Both the position numbers and the translations under genes were made by a program. This document shows, piece after piece, positions 14,769-29,700 of a stretch of DNA of 64,000 nucleotides (positions are counted from its first letter, which is position 1; each line of letters opens with the position of its first letter). This DNA is from Sphaerodactylus townsendi (Eukaryota): positions 25,420,001-25,484,000 of the forward strand of contig NC_059436.1 of NCBI RefSeq assembly GCF_021028975.2. Direction: 5' to 3'. Below the pieces are notes generated by a model. The model did not search any database and had not been told where the DNA came from. It saw only the letters and a program-made list of their open reading frames with translations.

Positions 14769-17700
14769 TCAGCAAGCCTCGCCCTGCCCGGGGCTTTGGC
14801 AGGCCCGGGCTGGCCCCTCCTGGAGCTGCTCCGTCTCTGTCTCCACCCCCACCTCCTCCCCTGCGTACAAAGGGATGGTCTCCTCCATCTCGGTCGCGTC
14901 CTCCAGGCTTGAGGGTGCTCTGCCTTTGGCGGGCCACGGGCAACCACGGCCACTGCTGCAGGCTGTGAGGTCAAAGGCCACCTTGTTGCGGGTCAGGAAG
15001 ACCTCCAGGGTGTAGTAGATGGTCCAGAAGACGGCAAAGCAGCCCAACAGCATCAAAGTCTGAGGAGGGAGGAAAGAAAGATGTCTGAACCAAGCTGGAA
15101 ATCTGCACACCGAGCATCTTTCAAGGAGGCCTGGTGGAGAACTGCAGGCGTCCAGCAAAAGGACCCAGAGAAGGCACCGCACCCTGGACCTCGGCTGCCC
15201 CCCCCCCCCCCGCCCCTCACGTTCTCACAGAGCCCCTGCCACCCTCTCATCAGCTGCAGCAGGGGTGTCAACTCATTTGTTATGAGGGATGGATATGACA
15301 TACATGTGATTTGGTTGGCCCCTGATATGTGTGTGTGTGTGTGGGGGGGTCTGCCTCAGTTGGTGAGCCCCCCAGCAGGCTCCTCAGCTCAGACTGGCAT
15401 GAGGGGACTGGGGCGGCTGCCTCAGCTGGCTCTTGGACCTGATAAGCCCTCTCAAGGGGCTGGATCCAGCCCCCGAGCTGCATGTTTGACACCCTGATCT
15501 ATGGAGCCCCCATTGCAGACTGTTCCACCCCTCCCTTTCATGAGGTGGCTGCCTCCCCCTTGTGCAGGACTGGCATCTGCAAACATCCTGCTGGCTACGG
15601 ACTTTAAACTTCTGCAACGGCTGCAGGCTCCATCAGAACCAAGTTTGAAACATGCAGCGCAGAACCCCTGTGGGCCCCTCCTGATGTGCTCCCTTGGCCA
15701 ACCTAGTCCAGCCCAGTCCTGCCAGGTGGGCATCACCTTGAGCGTGTTGACAGGTATGGTGTACAGTTCCTGCTCCGGGACCTTCAAGCCAGGCGGGCAG
15801 GGCACGGAGAAGTCGGCGTCCAGGAACCGGCCACTCATGGCCTCCTCTAGTAGTCTGCAGACGAAGGTGGGGTCAAAGGGGAAAAGAGGACAGGAAAGTC
15901 CTCTCTCTCCCCCTCAGCCAGAATGGGTCAAGTGGATTTGGAGATGGAGCTATTGGGTGAAAGCAGGTAGGGACCAAGAGGCCATCCAGACCACCCTGTT
16001 CAGGACCCCTGGAAACTATTTACAATGACACAAATGGAGGCCCAGATAGAAGGCATCCTCCAATCAGCAAATGCTCCACCAAGTCTGAAAGGATGCCTGC
16101 GTGGTCAAGGAAGCGAAGTCAAAGAAGCCACGAAGGGCAAACAGGCTTCCTTTAAAATGCAAGTCAGTCTCCCCAAATGCATGACAGGTGGAATAAGTAG
16201 CTTCGTTGCAGCGATATGCGTGTGAGAAATGTGCCATCAAGTCCCTTTCAACTTATGGTGACCCTATGAATTAATGACCCCCCCCCCAACCTGGAACTGA
16301 TGGACAGACAGAAGGGAGAAGAGGCCCCCCATGCCAGGAGCACATGCCCCGTCCCGCTCTCCTCACCTTACCTCTGCCGCTCCTTGATCTCAGCCCGAGA
16401 CCAGGAGGACCCGTAGAGCGCCAGCTGCCAATGGCGCAACACTCCTGCTCGCAAGGTCTTGTCCCCTGGAAAGGAGAACGGTTGACAGGCTGCAGGTGGG
16501 CTCCGCAAAGCTGCCCCCATTCTGCAGACCCGGCTCCCTCTGAAACGCGGGATGAGCTGGGAGTGCCAGTCAGGAAAGCGAGGAGTCAGCGGAGGATCAA
16601 GAGAGTCAGGCTGGGGAGGCCTCAAAGCAACGGCTGCGACATGCAGCCAACAGCAGGAAAACTCACCCACATCGTGGATCACCAGCCGGTAAGTGCCCTG
16701 GGCCTCCTCCCCCCAACAGCGCACGGTGGAGAAGGTCCAGTCCACAAAGCCATTGGGGTCTCTAGGAGAGAAGAAGACATTGAGATCATCAGGAGAGGCC
16801 TCAGCCCACCCAGACACCGTGAGCCAGGCGGCACGGGCCCTTCTCCTGCTCTCTCTTCCTCCTCCTCCTCCTCCTGTTTGTCCTGTGAGGATAACAGCAC
16901 AGTACAGCACACAATGATTTATTGGGAACAAGTCTCCTGTCTGTGGAGACTTGGCCAAGGTGATTTAGAAGTAGAAACAATAAAGCACAACCCTTATAAA
17001 ACCAGTCAGGGCATAAAACGAGCACAAGACATTGAGCTGCCCAAAAGAATATTGAGGGGAAAACAGTCTCTGGCCAGGTGAAACATTAAAAGTTCCCGAT
17101 TCCAACACGGGGCAGCTGAATGGGCTTTGGCCTCCACCCCACCCACCCACCCACGGCTCAAAGTTCCCCTGGGGAGAGGTCAGCGGGGGCACTCCCGGCT
17201 GCACTCACGAGTCCATTGTCCGCGCGGTGCCAATCAAGGACTCCATGCCGCTGGGGCAGAGGAGGCGGATCTCCAGGCTGCCCCGGCGAGGGTGGGTGAT
17301 GCTGACGGTCACGGCCACGTGCTCCAGGGTCCGCATCCCTGACAGTTCTAGGTCAGCTTCCGTGACTGGGAAGGAAGAAAACAAGGTCAGAACAGCAATA
17401 GGGAGGGACAACTCCGGGCTCTCAGAGGCCCCTCCCCATGGATTCTGCCCGCCTCATTTTCTGCACTGCAAACAGGTGCCCTGGCGCAGACCTGCCAGCA
17501 GCACACGGAAGGCCACAAGGGCCCAGCAGCAGAGGAGAGCGTGAGGCCCGCCCTGGCCCACCCAGCCAAGCACACTCCTGGGCTCTTCCCCAGGCAGACT
17601 CCCCAGGCCTGCAGGCCAGCTCCAGCTGCTGGTTCTCTTGGAGGCAAGCCCCTCCCTCCCCCACAGAGAGCTGGAAAGGGCAGAGGGGCTGAGGGGCCTG

Positions 17701-20700
17701 GTGGAAGCAGCACACCAGCTAGGCCAGAGGAGATGGGGGGCCCTCTCCTGCAAGCAGCCCCCCCCTCCTCCTCTGCTGGTCCCCCTGGAGCCCCCCCCCT
17801 CCCTGAGGCAGTTCCAGCCCTGGCCTGCCTTTTGGGCCCTCTGCCGCATTTCTGGCATTTCCCAGCCAGCATCTGGTCTGTGCTTGCCCACTTTGCTCAC
17901 AATAATTCCTTTTAGGGGAAACACTGGAGGCAGCCTGGAGTCCCTCCCAAGTCCTTGCTAACTTCAAGGCTCTTGCAAAGGCTGGGAACAGGGAGAGGGA
18001 GGACAGCCTCCTCCCCCCCCCCTCCAGAAGCATCCCTGCTGGGGTCAGCCGCTGCTTCTGACCAGACACTTGGCCCTGAGATCGAACCGGGGGAGGCGCG
18101 GAAGCCAGTTGAAGGGGGGGGGGGCACCCTCAGCTTTGGAGAGGCGGGGGAGCGGGAGCATGCATGCAGAGCTCAGGGCTTCTGCTCAGGCCGGAGAAAT
18201 CCCCAGGGCCCAGGAAATCCAGTGGGCCCCGCGTTGTGGGTGGGGTACGCCTGCCAGGCACCCCGCCCCCTTGATCTGTCCTCCTGCCCTGCTTGTGTCC
18301 CAAGTATCCCAAGGTCTGCCCTCACTTTGTTCCCTCTAAGGTTAAACTGGTGGCAGGACAGCATAGCCTACCAGTCAGATCCCCCCACGAGGGGCTCAGA
18401 AATGTTGTCTCTCTGCCAGCAGGACTGCAAACAGGGGCATCTGAAGTCCTCAGTAGCACAAAGGCCCAAAAGAAGGGCCCAAACTGCAGGCCCTGAGGGT
18501 GCCGGGAGGGGAGGGGTGTGTGAAGACAGGGGGCGGACAAGGCGGGAGTAGAAGCAGCGTTGCCTAAAATGGGCAGAAGGAGCTGCTGGTCCCCCGGCCA
18601 GCTGCCACCCAGCCCCTGCAAGCCTTGGATCTTTTTTTTTGGGGGGGGGGGAGCGGAAGTCAGTCTCAGAGACTATTGAGAAAACTCAGCAATGAAGGAA
18701 TAAGAGGGGAAGTCCTCCTATGGATTAAAAACTGGTTGAGAAACAGGAAGCAAAGAGTGGGTGTAAATGGGAAATTCTCACAATGGAGAGATGTAAGGAG
18801 TGGTGTCCCCAAGGGATCCGTTTTGGGACCAGTGCTCTTTAACCTATTCATAAATGACCTGGAAGTAGGGGTGGGTAGCGTGGTGGCCAAGTTTGCAGAT
18901 GATACCAAATTATATAGTGTGGTGAGAACCGCAAAGGATTGCGAAGAGCTCCAAGCGGACCTTGATAAATTAGGTGAGTGGACTAAGAAATGGCAAATGC
19001 AGTTCAATGTAGCAAAATGCAAAGTGATGCAAATAGGGGCAAAAAAATCCAAACTCCACATACACGCTACAAGGGTCAGTGCTATCAGTCACAGACTAGG
19101 AAAGGGATTTGGGCATCTTAGTTGATAGTTCCATGGGAATGTCAACTCAATGCATGGCAGCTGTGAAAAAGGCAAACTCTATGTTGGGGTTAATTAAGAA
19201 AGGAATTGAGAATAAAACTGCAAAGATTGTCATGCCCTTATATAAAGCCGTGGTGCGACCGCACTTGGAGTACTGTGTTCAGTTCTGGTCGCCACATCTC
19301 AAAAAAGGATATTGAAGAGATAGAAAAAGTGCAGAGAAGGGCAACGAGGATGATTGAAGGATTGGAGCACCTTCCTTATGAGGAGAGGCTGCAGCGTTTG
19401 GGACTCTTTAGTTTGGAGGAGGAGACGTCTGAGGGGGATATGATTGAAGTCTATAAAATTCATGCATGGGGTAGAAAATGTTGACAGAGAGAAATTTTTC
19501 TCTCTTTCTCACAATACTAGAACCAGGGGGCATTCATTGAAAATGCTGGGGGGAAGAATTAGGACTAATAAAAGGAAACACTTCTTCACTCAACGTGTGA
19601 TTGGTGTTTGGAATATGCTGCCACAGGAGGTGGTGATGGCCACTAACCTGGATAGCTTTAAAAGGGGCTTGGACAGATTTATGGAGGAGAAGTCGATTTA
19701 TGGCTACCAATCTTGATCCTCTTGATCTGAGATTGCAAATGCCTTAACAGTCCAGGTGCTTGGGAGCAACAGCCGCAGAAGGCCATTGCGTTCACATCCT
19801 GCATGTGAGCTCCCAAAGGCACCTGGTGGGCCACTGCGAGTAGCAGAAAGCTGGACTAGATGGACTCTGGTCTGATCCAGCTGGCTTGTTCTTATGTTCT
19901 TATGTTCTTATGTCCCAGCCACCACCTCCTCCCCCAGACAGAGTTGTGTGGGCTGGGGGGGAGGGGAGAGCTCACACCAAAGCTCCATCCTCCCCCCACC
20001 GCACCCCTGGCAGGCAACATGAATTCTGCATCTCCACTGCAACGAGCGGGTTCTGGTAGATCTGGCACCCTCCAGCCCAGCCTCCTGAACGGCTGTTGCC
20101 CCAAGGGAATCTGGGTACAGTAGTTTGGGAGGGAGACCATTTTCTTTTGAAGGAGGAGCCTGGAATTCCTAGGGCCCCCCTCACTGCTGCCCATTCCCTC
20201 CCCAGCTCCACCCCCGGGAGGTTGCACCCACCATTCCAGGTGACTTCCAGCTGCTGGGGCTCCAGAGGGATGATCCAGTTCTCCTTCAAGACGGGGCTGA
20301 CATAGGAAGCCAAGTAAGGGACCGATTCCCAGATCTGTCAGTGATGAAGGACAGGTAGCACCACCTCCTCCTGGGCAGCCCCTCTACCGAGCCCCATTCA
20401 CCACTAAACCCCAGGCAGAACTCAGCACTGTTTGCCTTCATGCCGGATTCAGACCCCGAGACCCCGGAAGGCCTGGCCCCGTTCCCTCCTCTTGCCCTGG
20501 GCTGAGGGACATCTGAATGCACCCCCATCCCCAAAGAGGCCAGCAACTACCGCCAGTCTGAGTGTGTGTGTGTGTGTGTGTGTGTTTGTGGGGGCTGAAT
20601 GGCAAAGCAGAAATATCCGGCAAGAAATATTCTGTGAGGTGGGAGGGAGGAATGACCCCTTGGATTCTCCCCAAAGCCCGGAATTTGGAGCAGGGCAGGG

Positions 20701-23700
20701 GGAGGGCCCGGGTCCAGAGCACCCCATTTTCCACAGGGAGACCTTCCCCTGCCCTAACAGAAAAGGCTCCCAGCCCCTCCTGCAGCTTTGCTGCTCTCCT
20801 TTGGCGCCACCCGCTGTGCCTGTCCTCGGCCCCTCCAGGAGCCGGGGGGGGGGGGGCAGGGAGCAGAGGCAAGGAGCCCCCACCCGAGGTGCTCCAGCTG
20901 GCAGCAGCTCCTACCTTGGCAGCGTTGACCATCCGCCAGGCGTTGAGCAGACCAAACCCGTGCTGGTGGCTGTGGCTCAGGCCAGCCTGGTTGGTGTCCC
21001 ACTGGGCACGGTGATCTTCATACTGCAAGGGAAGGGGACATAGAGGGGGCGGGGGAGGGAGTCAACCACGTTCAGGCCATGGGGCCCCCTCCCACTCGGG
21101 GGCCACTTCCACAGTTCCTGCTTCATGGGCAGAGAACACGGGATGAGAGTCAGCCAGGGATCCCGTCACCTGCCAATCTGATCTTGCAGAAGACGGTATA
21201 TGCGCACTGCCCCCCCCCCCCCGCAGACCTCCCAATTGAGGATTGGGCGGGTCCAGAGACAGGATGGAGAGACCTTCTTGTAGGGTGTGCAGAGCCTGCT
21301 CTGCCCAGGGGAAGGCTCTGCCATGCTCACTGGAACTCTGTCAGCTACGCAAACCTGCCCCAAGGGGAAGGGGCCAGCATGCCGACACAACAGCAAAGCG
21401 GGGGACCAACTTTCTTCCACCTGTCCTGCCTCAGGTCACTCTCTCAGCGCAGACCACACGATGCCCAGGAGTCACTGCTCCCAGGGGGGAGAGAGGGGAG
21501 TCAGTTTGCAGCCCCCTCACTCGGGCCTGGATTCTTCCAGGCTGGAGGTTTGCAGGGACAGAAGGGCTCCAGGCCTCACCTTGGTGGCTGTGAAGACAAT
21601 GATGTGCTGGACATCCCGCCAGGTGAGACAGGGGCGCACCTGTAGCATGAGGGCAATCATGCCAGCCGCCAGAGGGGCTGCAGCGGAGGTGCCCGTGTGG
21701 CCCTCGGTGCACCCTGTTGTGCCCCGCTGCAAGTCCCAGTCTGTCGTTGCCTGCTCGGGAGAAAGTCCCAGGTCAGATACAGCTACACAGGGAAGCCCCC
21801 GGACGGCCCTGGCTCAAGCCCTTACGCCGTCCATGGCCAGAGTGCACCCTCAGCCCACGGGGGCAACTCTCTGGGCATGTTGGATCCACACACGGCCTTT
21901 TTCGAGCCAGGGCTGATCTGTGGGTGACGACGAGAAGGGCCAGCTGTGGCTGCAGAGCCCTCCTCCCCCCACCAAGGCAGGATGACTCAGGACCGGAAAG
22001 ACTGGCAAGGGAAGCTGCCCCCGGACCGCCAGAGGGAGGGAGAGGAGCTTGGCTCTTTCACACCAGTGCCAGCGACCGCAAGCCAGGCTTCCTGCTTCCA
22101 GTTTAGGGGAGCCCCTTTTCAAGTTGAGTTGTTGGCAGAGAGCCCAGCTGAGCATTTGGGCAAAGAGGATTTCCAGCTGGGTGCTGGGGACAGAAAGGCA
22201 GCAGACAAGCCACGGATTGTGGCAGCAGACTTTCCCCCACCATGCCCTGCAGGACGCCCAGGGTGGCCAACCACGCAGACAGTTTCCCCTGAGCCCCTAG
22301 GCCTTATCAAGGGTGTAGTCGTGGGTCTTCCTTCTAGGATCCCCCTTTTCACTTTTAAATGTCTGCAAGTGAGCCTGTTTAGAAGAGGCATCTCTGGTGC
22401 TGGGCTGCTTCCTGCTATGGGGACTGACGGCTTCTCCAGAATCTGCAGGAGTGCGCAATACCAAGGGCCCCTCCTTCAACACAGAGCGCAGGCCGGCCGG
22501 CAGGGGTGGTGTACGTGTGTGGGTGGGTGAGAGGTGGCCACAGGTACTGGGTGGCCTCACCTGATGCACTAAAGGTTTGAATTCAGGAGCAGCTGAGAGA
22601 CCAACAGGATTTCAAGACTCAAACCTCACTGTTCTCCTGCAGCCCAACCCGGCTAACGTCTGAAGTCCTGATCAAGGTCCGGCCCTGCTGGCAGTTTCTG
22701 GACAGGGTGGACTTTGGACTCTGCACTCATGTCGCCTGGCTTGTAAAAGAACAGCACCGCCCCCTCCTCCGTTGGCAGGCGGAGCTCCACCACAGCCCTG
22801 GCAGCACACTGTGGGGTGGACGGAAATGCCAGCAGGAGAAGAGGCAGCTTCCCCGGATCCCAACCCAAACTGGGCTGCCCCAGAGTTGCTGCTCGTGAGC
22901 AAGAGACTGGGGGGGGGGGAACCTTCTGGGGTGTCTTAAGCACACTTCGGGAAGTCAGTGAAGCAGAGATGAAGGAAATCCCTCTTGAGGAGAGCTCTTC
23001 GTCCCACTATGAAATCCCTCCTCCCTGAACTGAGAAGAAGCCCAGGGTCAAGTCAGAGGATAAGCAGGGAGGGGCATGCTGTCTGCCCCCTCCCCTTCGG
23101 CCCATCCAGCCTGGCACAAGTGAGTGCAGCGCACTGGTCAGTGGTGGGGAGCAGCCCAAGCATCAGTGCAGTTTGTTGGGCAGCAGGCAAGCAGAAGCCC
23201 CACCGAGCGAGGTGGGGGGGGGAAGCAAATGATTTGGAGCTGTACATGAGCCCCCGGCTGCCCCTCCCTGCTCACAAGTGCAGCCCCACCAAAAGTAAGA
23301 GTGCCGGGTGCCTGCCCCACTCACAATGCTCCGCATCAACTTGTCGCCCCCGCTGAAGGTCACAGCCAGCATTGAGGCGCACTCCTCCGCGTAGAAGGGC
23401 ATGTACCCCATCTCATCTACTGCACCTGGAGAGGAGGGAGAGGAGGAAGGGGGTCTGGCCACTGAGAACAGGTGCAAGCACTCCAACCCATTGCTAGTGA
23501 GGTCTGGGGGCAGGGGGCGGGCTCTCTCCTTTCAGCTTTTTATGGCTCAAACAGGGTGGCAAGCCCCTTCCCAGGGATCTTCAATTCCACCTGCCATAAG
23601 GGGAGTTTCTTGTTTTTGGAAGATTCAGTGGGATACGACCAGCACGTGGCCTCTTGGTCTCTTGCCTCCTGGTCTTTGTATTCTGAAGAGACAGTGGGAG

Positions 23701-26700
23701 CCACGGCCCAGCCCCAGGCACATCCAGACATCAGTCTCTACCGCTCAGGGCCAGCTGCTCTGGGTGGCCAAAATCTGGACCACTCACAAAAGCCCAAGGG
23801 CACTGTTTGCTCAGAAGCACCATTTAGTCAACCGTGAACAAATGAGAACTTAGACCTGAAGTAGGAATCCTGTCTACCTAAAGGTCTGTCAAATTCATGG
23901 CCTATAAGAGGATATCAGAACTGCCCCTGCTGGATCAGACCAGAGGCCCCCCCAGCCTGGCATCCCATCTCACACAGCGGCCAACCAGCTCCTCCGGAGC
24001 TCCAGCAACAGGGCATAGAGGCCGAGGCCTTCCCTTATTGGGAAGAACATGAGAAGAACAGCCCAGCTGGATTATCTCACACACTACCCAACCAGTTCCC
24101 CCGAAGGCCACAGGGGCCCCGGTCTTCCTCAGATTCAGAGGCTGACTGCCTCTAAATGTGGAGGTTTCTTTGAGTCCACCCGGCTGGCAGACACCGAGAG
24201 AGCTCCTCTCCACAGGGACTCGAATGCAAGAGTCATGCAGCAGAATCAGGCCCACAACCTGCTTTCAACAGCAGTGAGTCAAACCCCACAGGGAAGCCCA
24301 CAAGCGGCGCCCTGCCCTGCCCTGCCCTGCCCCACAAACAGCAGTCTGGGCAGCAGACTCGTCATCAGCGAGAAGGCGGCAGGCAAGAAGCCCCACTCGA
24401 GAGGCGAAAGCGCACAGTCCTGGCATGGAAGACTTCTGAGCAGAGAGCCCCTTCCTGCTCCCCAGTGGTGTCAAAGCCATGGGGCACTGACAGAGAGGCA
24501 AGCTCTGAGCAAACCCCACTGAAGGGGGGAAGTCCACGGCTGCAGAAGGGCTCCTGCATCCCAGCTGGGGGCACACGCCTCTTTCACTTGCTCCCTCCCT
24601 CCCACAAACGCACCCTCCATATAAGCAAACACGCTGTGTGCCCAGGTATTCCTGTGCCCTCACCAATGGTGACTGTGTAGATGGAGTTGGCGTAGCCGTC
24701 GTAGTTGCAGTTGTCGTTGTGCTGTCCCCCGTTGCCGCTGGCCACCACAAAAATGCTGCCGAATCCCCGCCGGCCAGCGATCACTCCGTGCTGCAGAGCG
24801 GCCTGCAGGAGAGGGCAGACGGGCAACTTCCTCATACTGGGGAACGAGAACAGGCGCTCCCACCCACTGGCTCCCACAGAGCGCCGAAGTCAGGGTCTCC
24901 GCCGTGTAAGCAGCTCCGGCCTCCCTCCGCCTGCCTCTGCCCTTGGATCAGTTGGGTCTGTTTTGAACGCTGGCACAGGAGCGACCCCAAGCCAAGGAGC
25001 CCGCCAGACCCGTGCTTCTGCCCTCCCAGCAGGCAGCGGACCGAGGGGTCGTGCGGGATACAAGCCTCTGAAGGACAGCAGAAAAAACGAACTCCTCTGT
25101 ACCTTTCCAAGCTGGTGGGGCCCATCCACAGTTTTGCCATCATCATCTGGACCCCAGCTGTGCAGGGAGACACCCCAAAGCTGCGCTTAGGAATGCACGC
25201 AAACAAAAGTGCTCCTGGGGCCGGAGAGCCGGAGCAGCAGCCGTCACATGTCGACCAGGGAGAGAGGGAGGGCCTCAGCTCTCAGGCTGGCTCACCAGCC
25301 TCGGGGCACCACTCGAGGGAGGCAAGACTGCCACCTGCGCTGTGCCCACCCCGAGGCCGGTGATGCTGCCCTCAGGGAGGAAGTGCCCCGGCCACCCTCG
25401 CTCCTGGGACCAGGCGCCAGCAGAGCCCGGGCACTGACCTGCAGCTGTAGATGTCATTGATCTGATAGTGCTTGTTGAAAGCGATGGCCTCCATGCTGTC
25501 TGTGAGCGGCCCATCCAACACCCGGATCCCTGCGTGGCCAAGGACAAGCTGAGGTTTACTGAGCAGAGCCTGAAGCAGGCCCACCAAGCAAGACACAGCG
25601 GCCAACCGGAGCAGCGGGTCACGATTCAGCCCTCTGCTGCTGCGTCGCTTGCAGCAAGCGTGGTTTCCGCTCTGTCCGAGGGACCTGCCTCACAGCCCTG
25701 CAAGAACCAAAACCACCGACACTGCAGAGCACTTGAGCCCCAGGGAGGAGTCACTGTGGAAGTGGGGCTGCTGAACTGCCCAGACCCCACAAGGCTGGCC
25801 AGGGACCCACACACCGGAAGGGCCAACGTCTCCTATAGCAACCTTCCTGCTTACTGGGGTCTTCTTTGAGGACCTGCTTTGCTTGCCCCCAACATCTAAA
25901 GCTAGACAGGTGGTGACCCAGAAAGGGTCTCCCTCATCGTGGCAACAGCCTTTGGCCTTTCCGCTGCACGGGGATTCGCCCGTCTCCCACTATCAGGGTC
26001 TTTCGCCTGTGAGTGAAAGCTTAAATCAGGGGTCTTCAAACTATGGCCCTCCAGATTTTCATAGACTACAATTCCCATGAGCCCTACCACTTGGCCATGC
26101 TGGCAGGGGCTGATGGGAATTGTAGTCCTTGAACATCTGGAGGGCCATAGTTTGAAGACCCCTAGTTATTTGATTCCTTTGGCATCTTCTATGATCTTAA
26201 AAACTGTTATGAGTCCCCTTTCTGGTTCTGACATTGTTTAAGTGCTTTTACTGAACTATTTGACTGATAGTTTTTAATCATTTTTCATCCGTTGTTTTGA
26301 GTTGTTCCAATGTTTTAATTTATTAATTTAATTAATTTAAATTAATTTAAAAGTAAATTAATTTTAAAAGTTCTCCCTGCTCCGCCAGCTGAGGCTACCC
26401 TGTTCCACCTCTGCCTACAGGACTGTTCGGCCCAGGAGCAGCTCTGGTGGGGGCGGGAAGACTGTGTTCCCTGTGCCCCTGGTGGCTGGGGGCATTCTGG
26501 GGCACCTGCCAACCTCTGTGGAAATGGGATGCTGGGCAACTCTTTCCCCACCCAGATCACAACGCAACGGTCAAGGAGCAAAGCAACTTTCCAGCATTCC
26601 ACACAGAAGAGGCCTCTCGGGGATTAAAGCCACGCTTTCATTAACCATTTCATGCGCAACATACGATTCGTCTTTCTCCTCACTCATCTTCTCTCCCATA

Positions 26701-29700
26701 ATGAATGAATAATGTGCCACCACAACCAACTCAAGGCAATCACGCCCTCAGGGGCAAGACGAGGAGGAGGTGGTTTGACATTGCGTAGCAACCGCAGTCT
26801 TCCTGGGTGGCTTCCCACCCAAGCACTAACCAAGGCCAGTCTTACTTAGCTTCGCAACTCTGACAGGCTCAGATTAAGACAGGCGACTGAGGGTGATGCT
26901 CTCCTATGAGATCCTCAGTTAGTTTTATTTGCATGAAAAGAAATGGGCCATGAAAAGTTCATGGAGGAATTTTAAAAATTGATTAATTAAATGTTTATAG
27001 TCTTTGCAGCACCACAGGACCCCCGCGTGCTTCTGCCACGACATATTAAAGCGACACCCTCTGGAACTCTGCAGTTTCCCATTTCCCAGTTTCCCATTTT
27101 CCCTCATAACCTCATACACAAATGTCTGCCATCCCGCTACACAGTCGAAGTCGATTTATGTTGATTTATGGCTACCAATCTTGATCTTCCTTCATCTGAG
27201 ATTGCAAATGCCTTAACAGACCAGGTGCTCGGGAGCAGCAGCAGCAGCAGAAGGCCCTTGCTTTCACATCCTGCCTGTGAGCTCCCAAAGGCACCTGGTG
27301 GGCCACTGCGAGTAGCAGAGAGCTGGACTAGATGGACTCTGGTCTGATCCAGCTGGCTTGTTCTTATGTTCTTACATACCTGACAAAGTTCATGCTGTCA
27401 GCCCATCAGTCACCACAAGACTTCTATGCAAATAAATGCTGAGCAGCCAAACACCCTACTTAGTATGGTTTGCAACTGCTAATGCCCAAAGTGATTCCCA
27501 TACGTTCTTTTGATAATTTGTACACCTGCCCTGTACAGTAGGCCACAACTGAACCACGGTCCTACTGAAGATAGTGGAAGTAAAGAATGACTACCTCACA
27601 GCCACTGAGCGACTTGCAGGGGTGATTCTGGGCTCATATTCTTGTCTGTTTCCCCACCTTAGTTCTTGCTGCATAAAATCTTTCTGCCATGAGAGCCGGC
27701 AACACCCCTGCCCCAAAGCAGCCAAGGTGGGGGCCTCTGTCGGAGGTACCTGCAATGCGGCTCCCGTAGGCCACTCCCACAGCACAGAAGCTGTTGTTGG
27801 AGACAGCGGCGATTTCTCCCGCACAGCGGGTCCCGTGGTGGTTCCCGTTTTCTTCATCGGGGTGGGGCATGGGATCGGGGTCATTGGAATTCAAGTCATA
27901 ACTGCCTTCGGGGCTCTGCAAAAGACCAGCCACAAAGCTGAAACTTCCCTCCCCAAATGTACTAGGGAACAAAACAGCCAAGGATGACGGAAGTGATGCG
28001 TGTATCTGAGGCCATCTGGAAACACAAGGAGAAACTGGGACCACCTGTCCCTCCCCGCTGCTGAGCTGGACAGCAGCAAGGGGGGGCTTCTTGGCGCATG
28101 GAGGGGCTGGGAGGAGTGTCTGCAGCGCAACATGCAGCGCAAGCAACTTCTCTGAGTCTCCTGCGGCTGCCTCCCAGTCACAGCCCTGGCTGTTGCAACG
28201 AGCCAGCTCCAACAGGAGTGCAAAAGAGTTGCTAAGCACAACGAGCCGGGACACCCCCCCCCCCCCGGCCCAGATGCAGCCTGGCTTTCCAGCATTTGCT
28301 GTCAGAGTCTGCTATTCACTGCTGTGGGGCTTCAGCCCCCACCCCCCCCATGCCAGAAACAGGACCAGAAACAGCTCCTGCAGCCCCTTGCAGTAGGGTA
28401 GCCGAGAAAGAGGCAGCACTTCCTGGGAGCAGGACTCCCACCTGGCGCCCCCCCCCCCCCACTTCGGATGCTGCCTGGCACTGTGGGACTTTGGCCGTTG
28501 TTGCCTGTTTCCACCACAGTCCTTGGGGAATGGCCTTTCCTGCCAGCTGCAGGGAGTGTTTGGAGGCTGCCCTCGCAGACGCACCCCCCCCCCCCCCCCC
28601 GCAACCCCGTTTTCTTCTTCTCTCCCTGCAAGCCTTCTGGGATGGAATTGCTTCAAAGAAAGGAATCCAGCCCAGCGCCCGGCTTCAGCCCCCTTCCCCA
28701 ACGTAGCCCCCTCTGCTCCTGACTGGCTGGACAGACCACTTCTTCTTGCGCACCCGAAAGGGCCTGAGAGGCAGTGAGCTTCAGACTCGAGCTCCCTGTC
28801 CTTCCTGGGTGCAGCGCCTGGGCACCCCCACCCCCTGTCAAAGCAGACCCCCACTCCCTCGGGTGCAGCTGGTGGGTCTCACGTAGTTGGGCTGGATGTC
28901 CTTAATTGTGTGCTCCACACCATCGTCCACGACCACCACCGTCACCCCTTGGCCAGTCACGTTTCTCTCCCACACGCCGGTCACGTTGATGTCCATCCCG
29001 GGACTCTTGCGATTGCTCTAGGTAGGAAGGCAAAGGGGGCAGAGGGGCAAGTGAGAGGGCAAAGAGCCAGTCGGCCTGAACCCACGCCAGGACCCCCAGA
29101 AACTGGGCACGGAGGTGGCATCTTGGGGCCACTGGACCCCCTGTGGCTTACACTAGTCCAGGGGCCCTCCATCAAGAGGACAGGCAGGCATCTGCCCAAC
29201 ACCTGGGACCTCCCCTTCTCATGCCCCCTCCCTGCCACCAGCCTCAGGGCAAGGGAGGCCCCCATTGTATTTCTTGCTGACACCATCTGGAGGCACGCAC
29301 GCCCTCTGAGAGCGCCTGGAACCCACTCACCAGGTGCCACTGCTGGGGGAACTTGGGGTCGTTGAAATGGAGGCTGCGCTTGCACCTCTTGAGGAGCCGC
29401 TGCTCGGCGTGCCACCTCACGCTGTCGTGGTGCGCAAACACAGCTTCCGCCAGCTGCTGGACGTCCTCCAGGCCCGGCTCCACAGGGCCTCTCGGCCGGT
29501 AGCTGAAGAGGTAGTGACCCCTGAGTTCTCCGATGCGGCCAACATTTGCCAGGCCGGCTGCCTCAGCCAGCGCCTCGGCCTGCCGGTCCAGCTCCTGCTC
29601 AGAGGACCCCTCAGGAACGGCCAAGTGCACTGCCCAGGTGAGCTCCCCAGGGCGACCGGCTGCCCTGCAGGGCTCTGCCCCTCCATACACAAGTCCGTTT

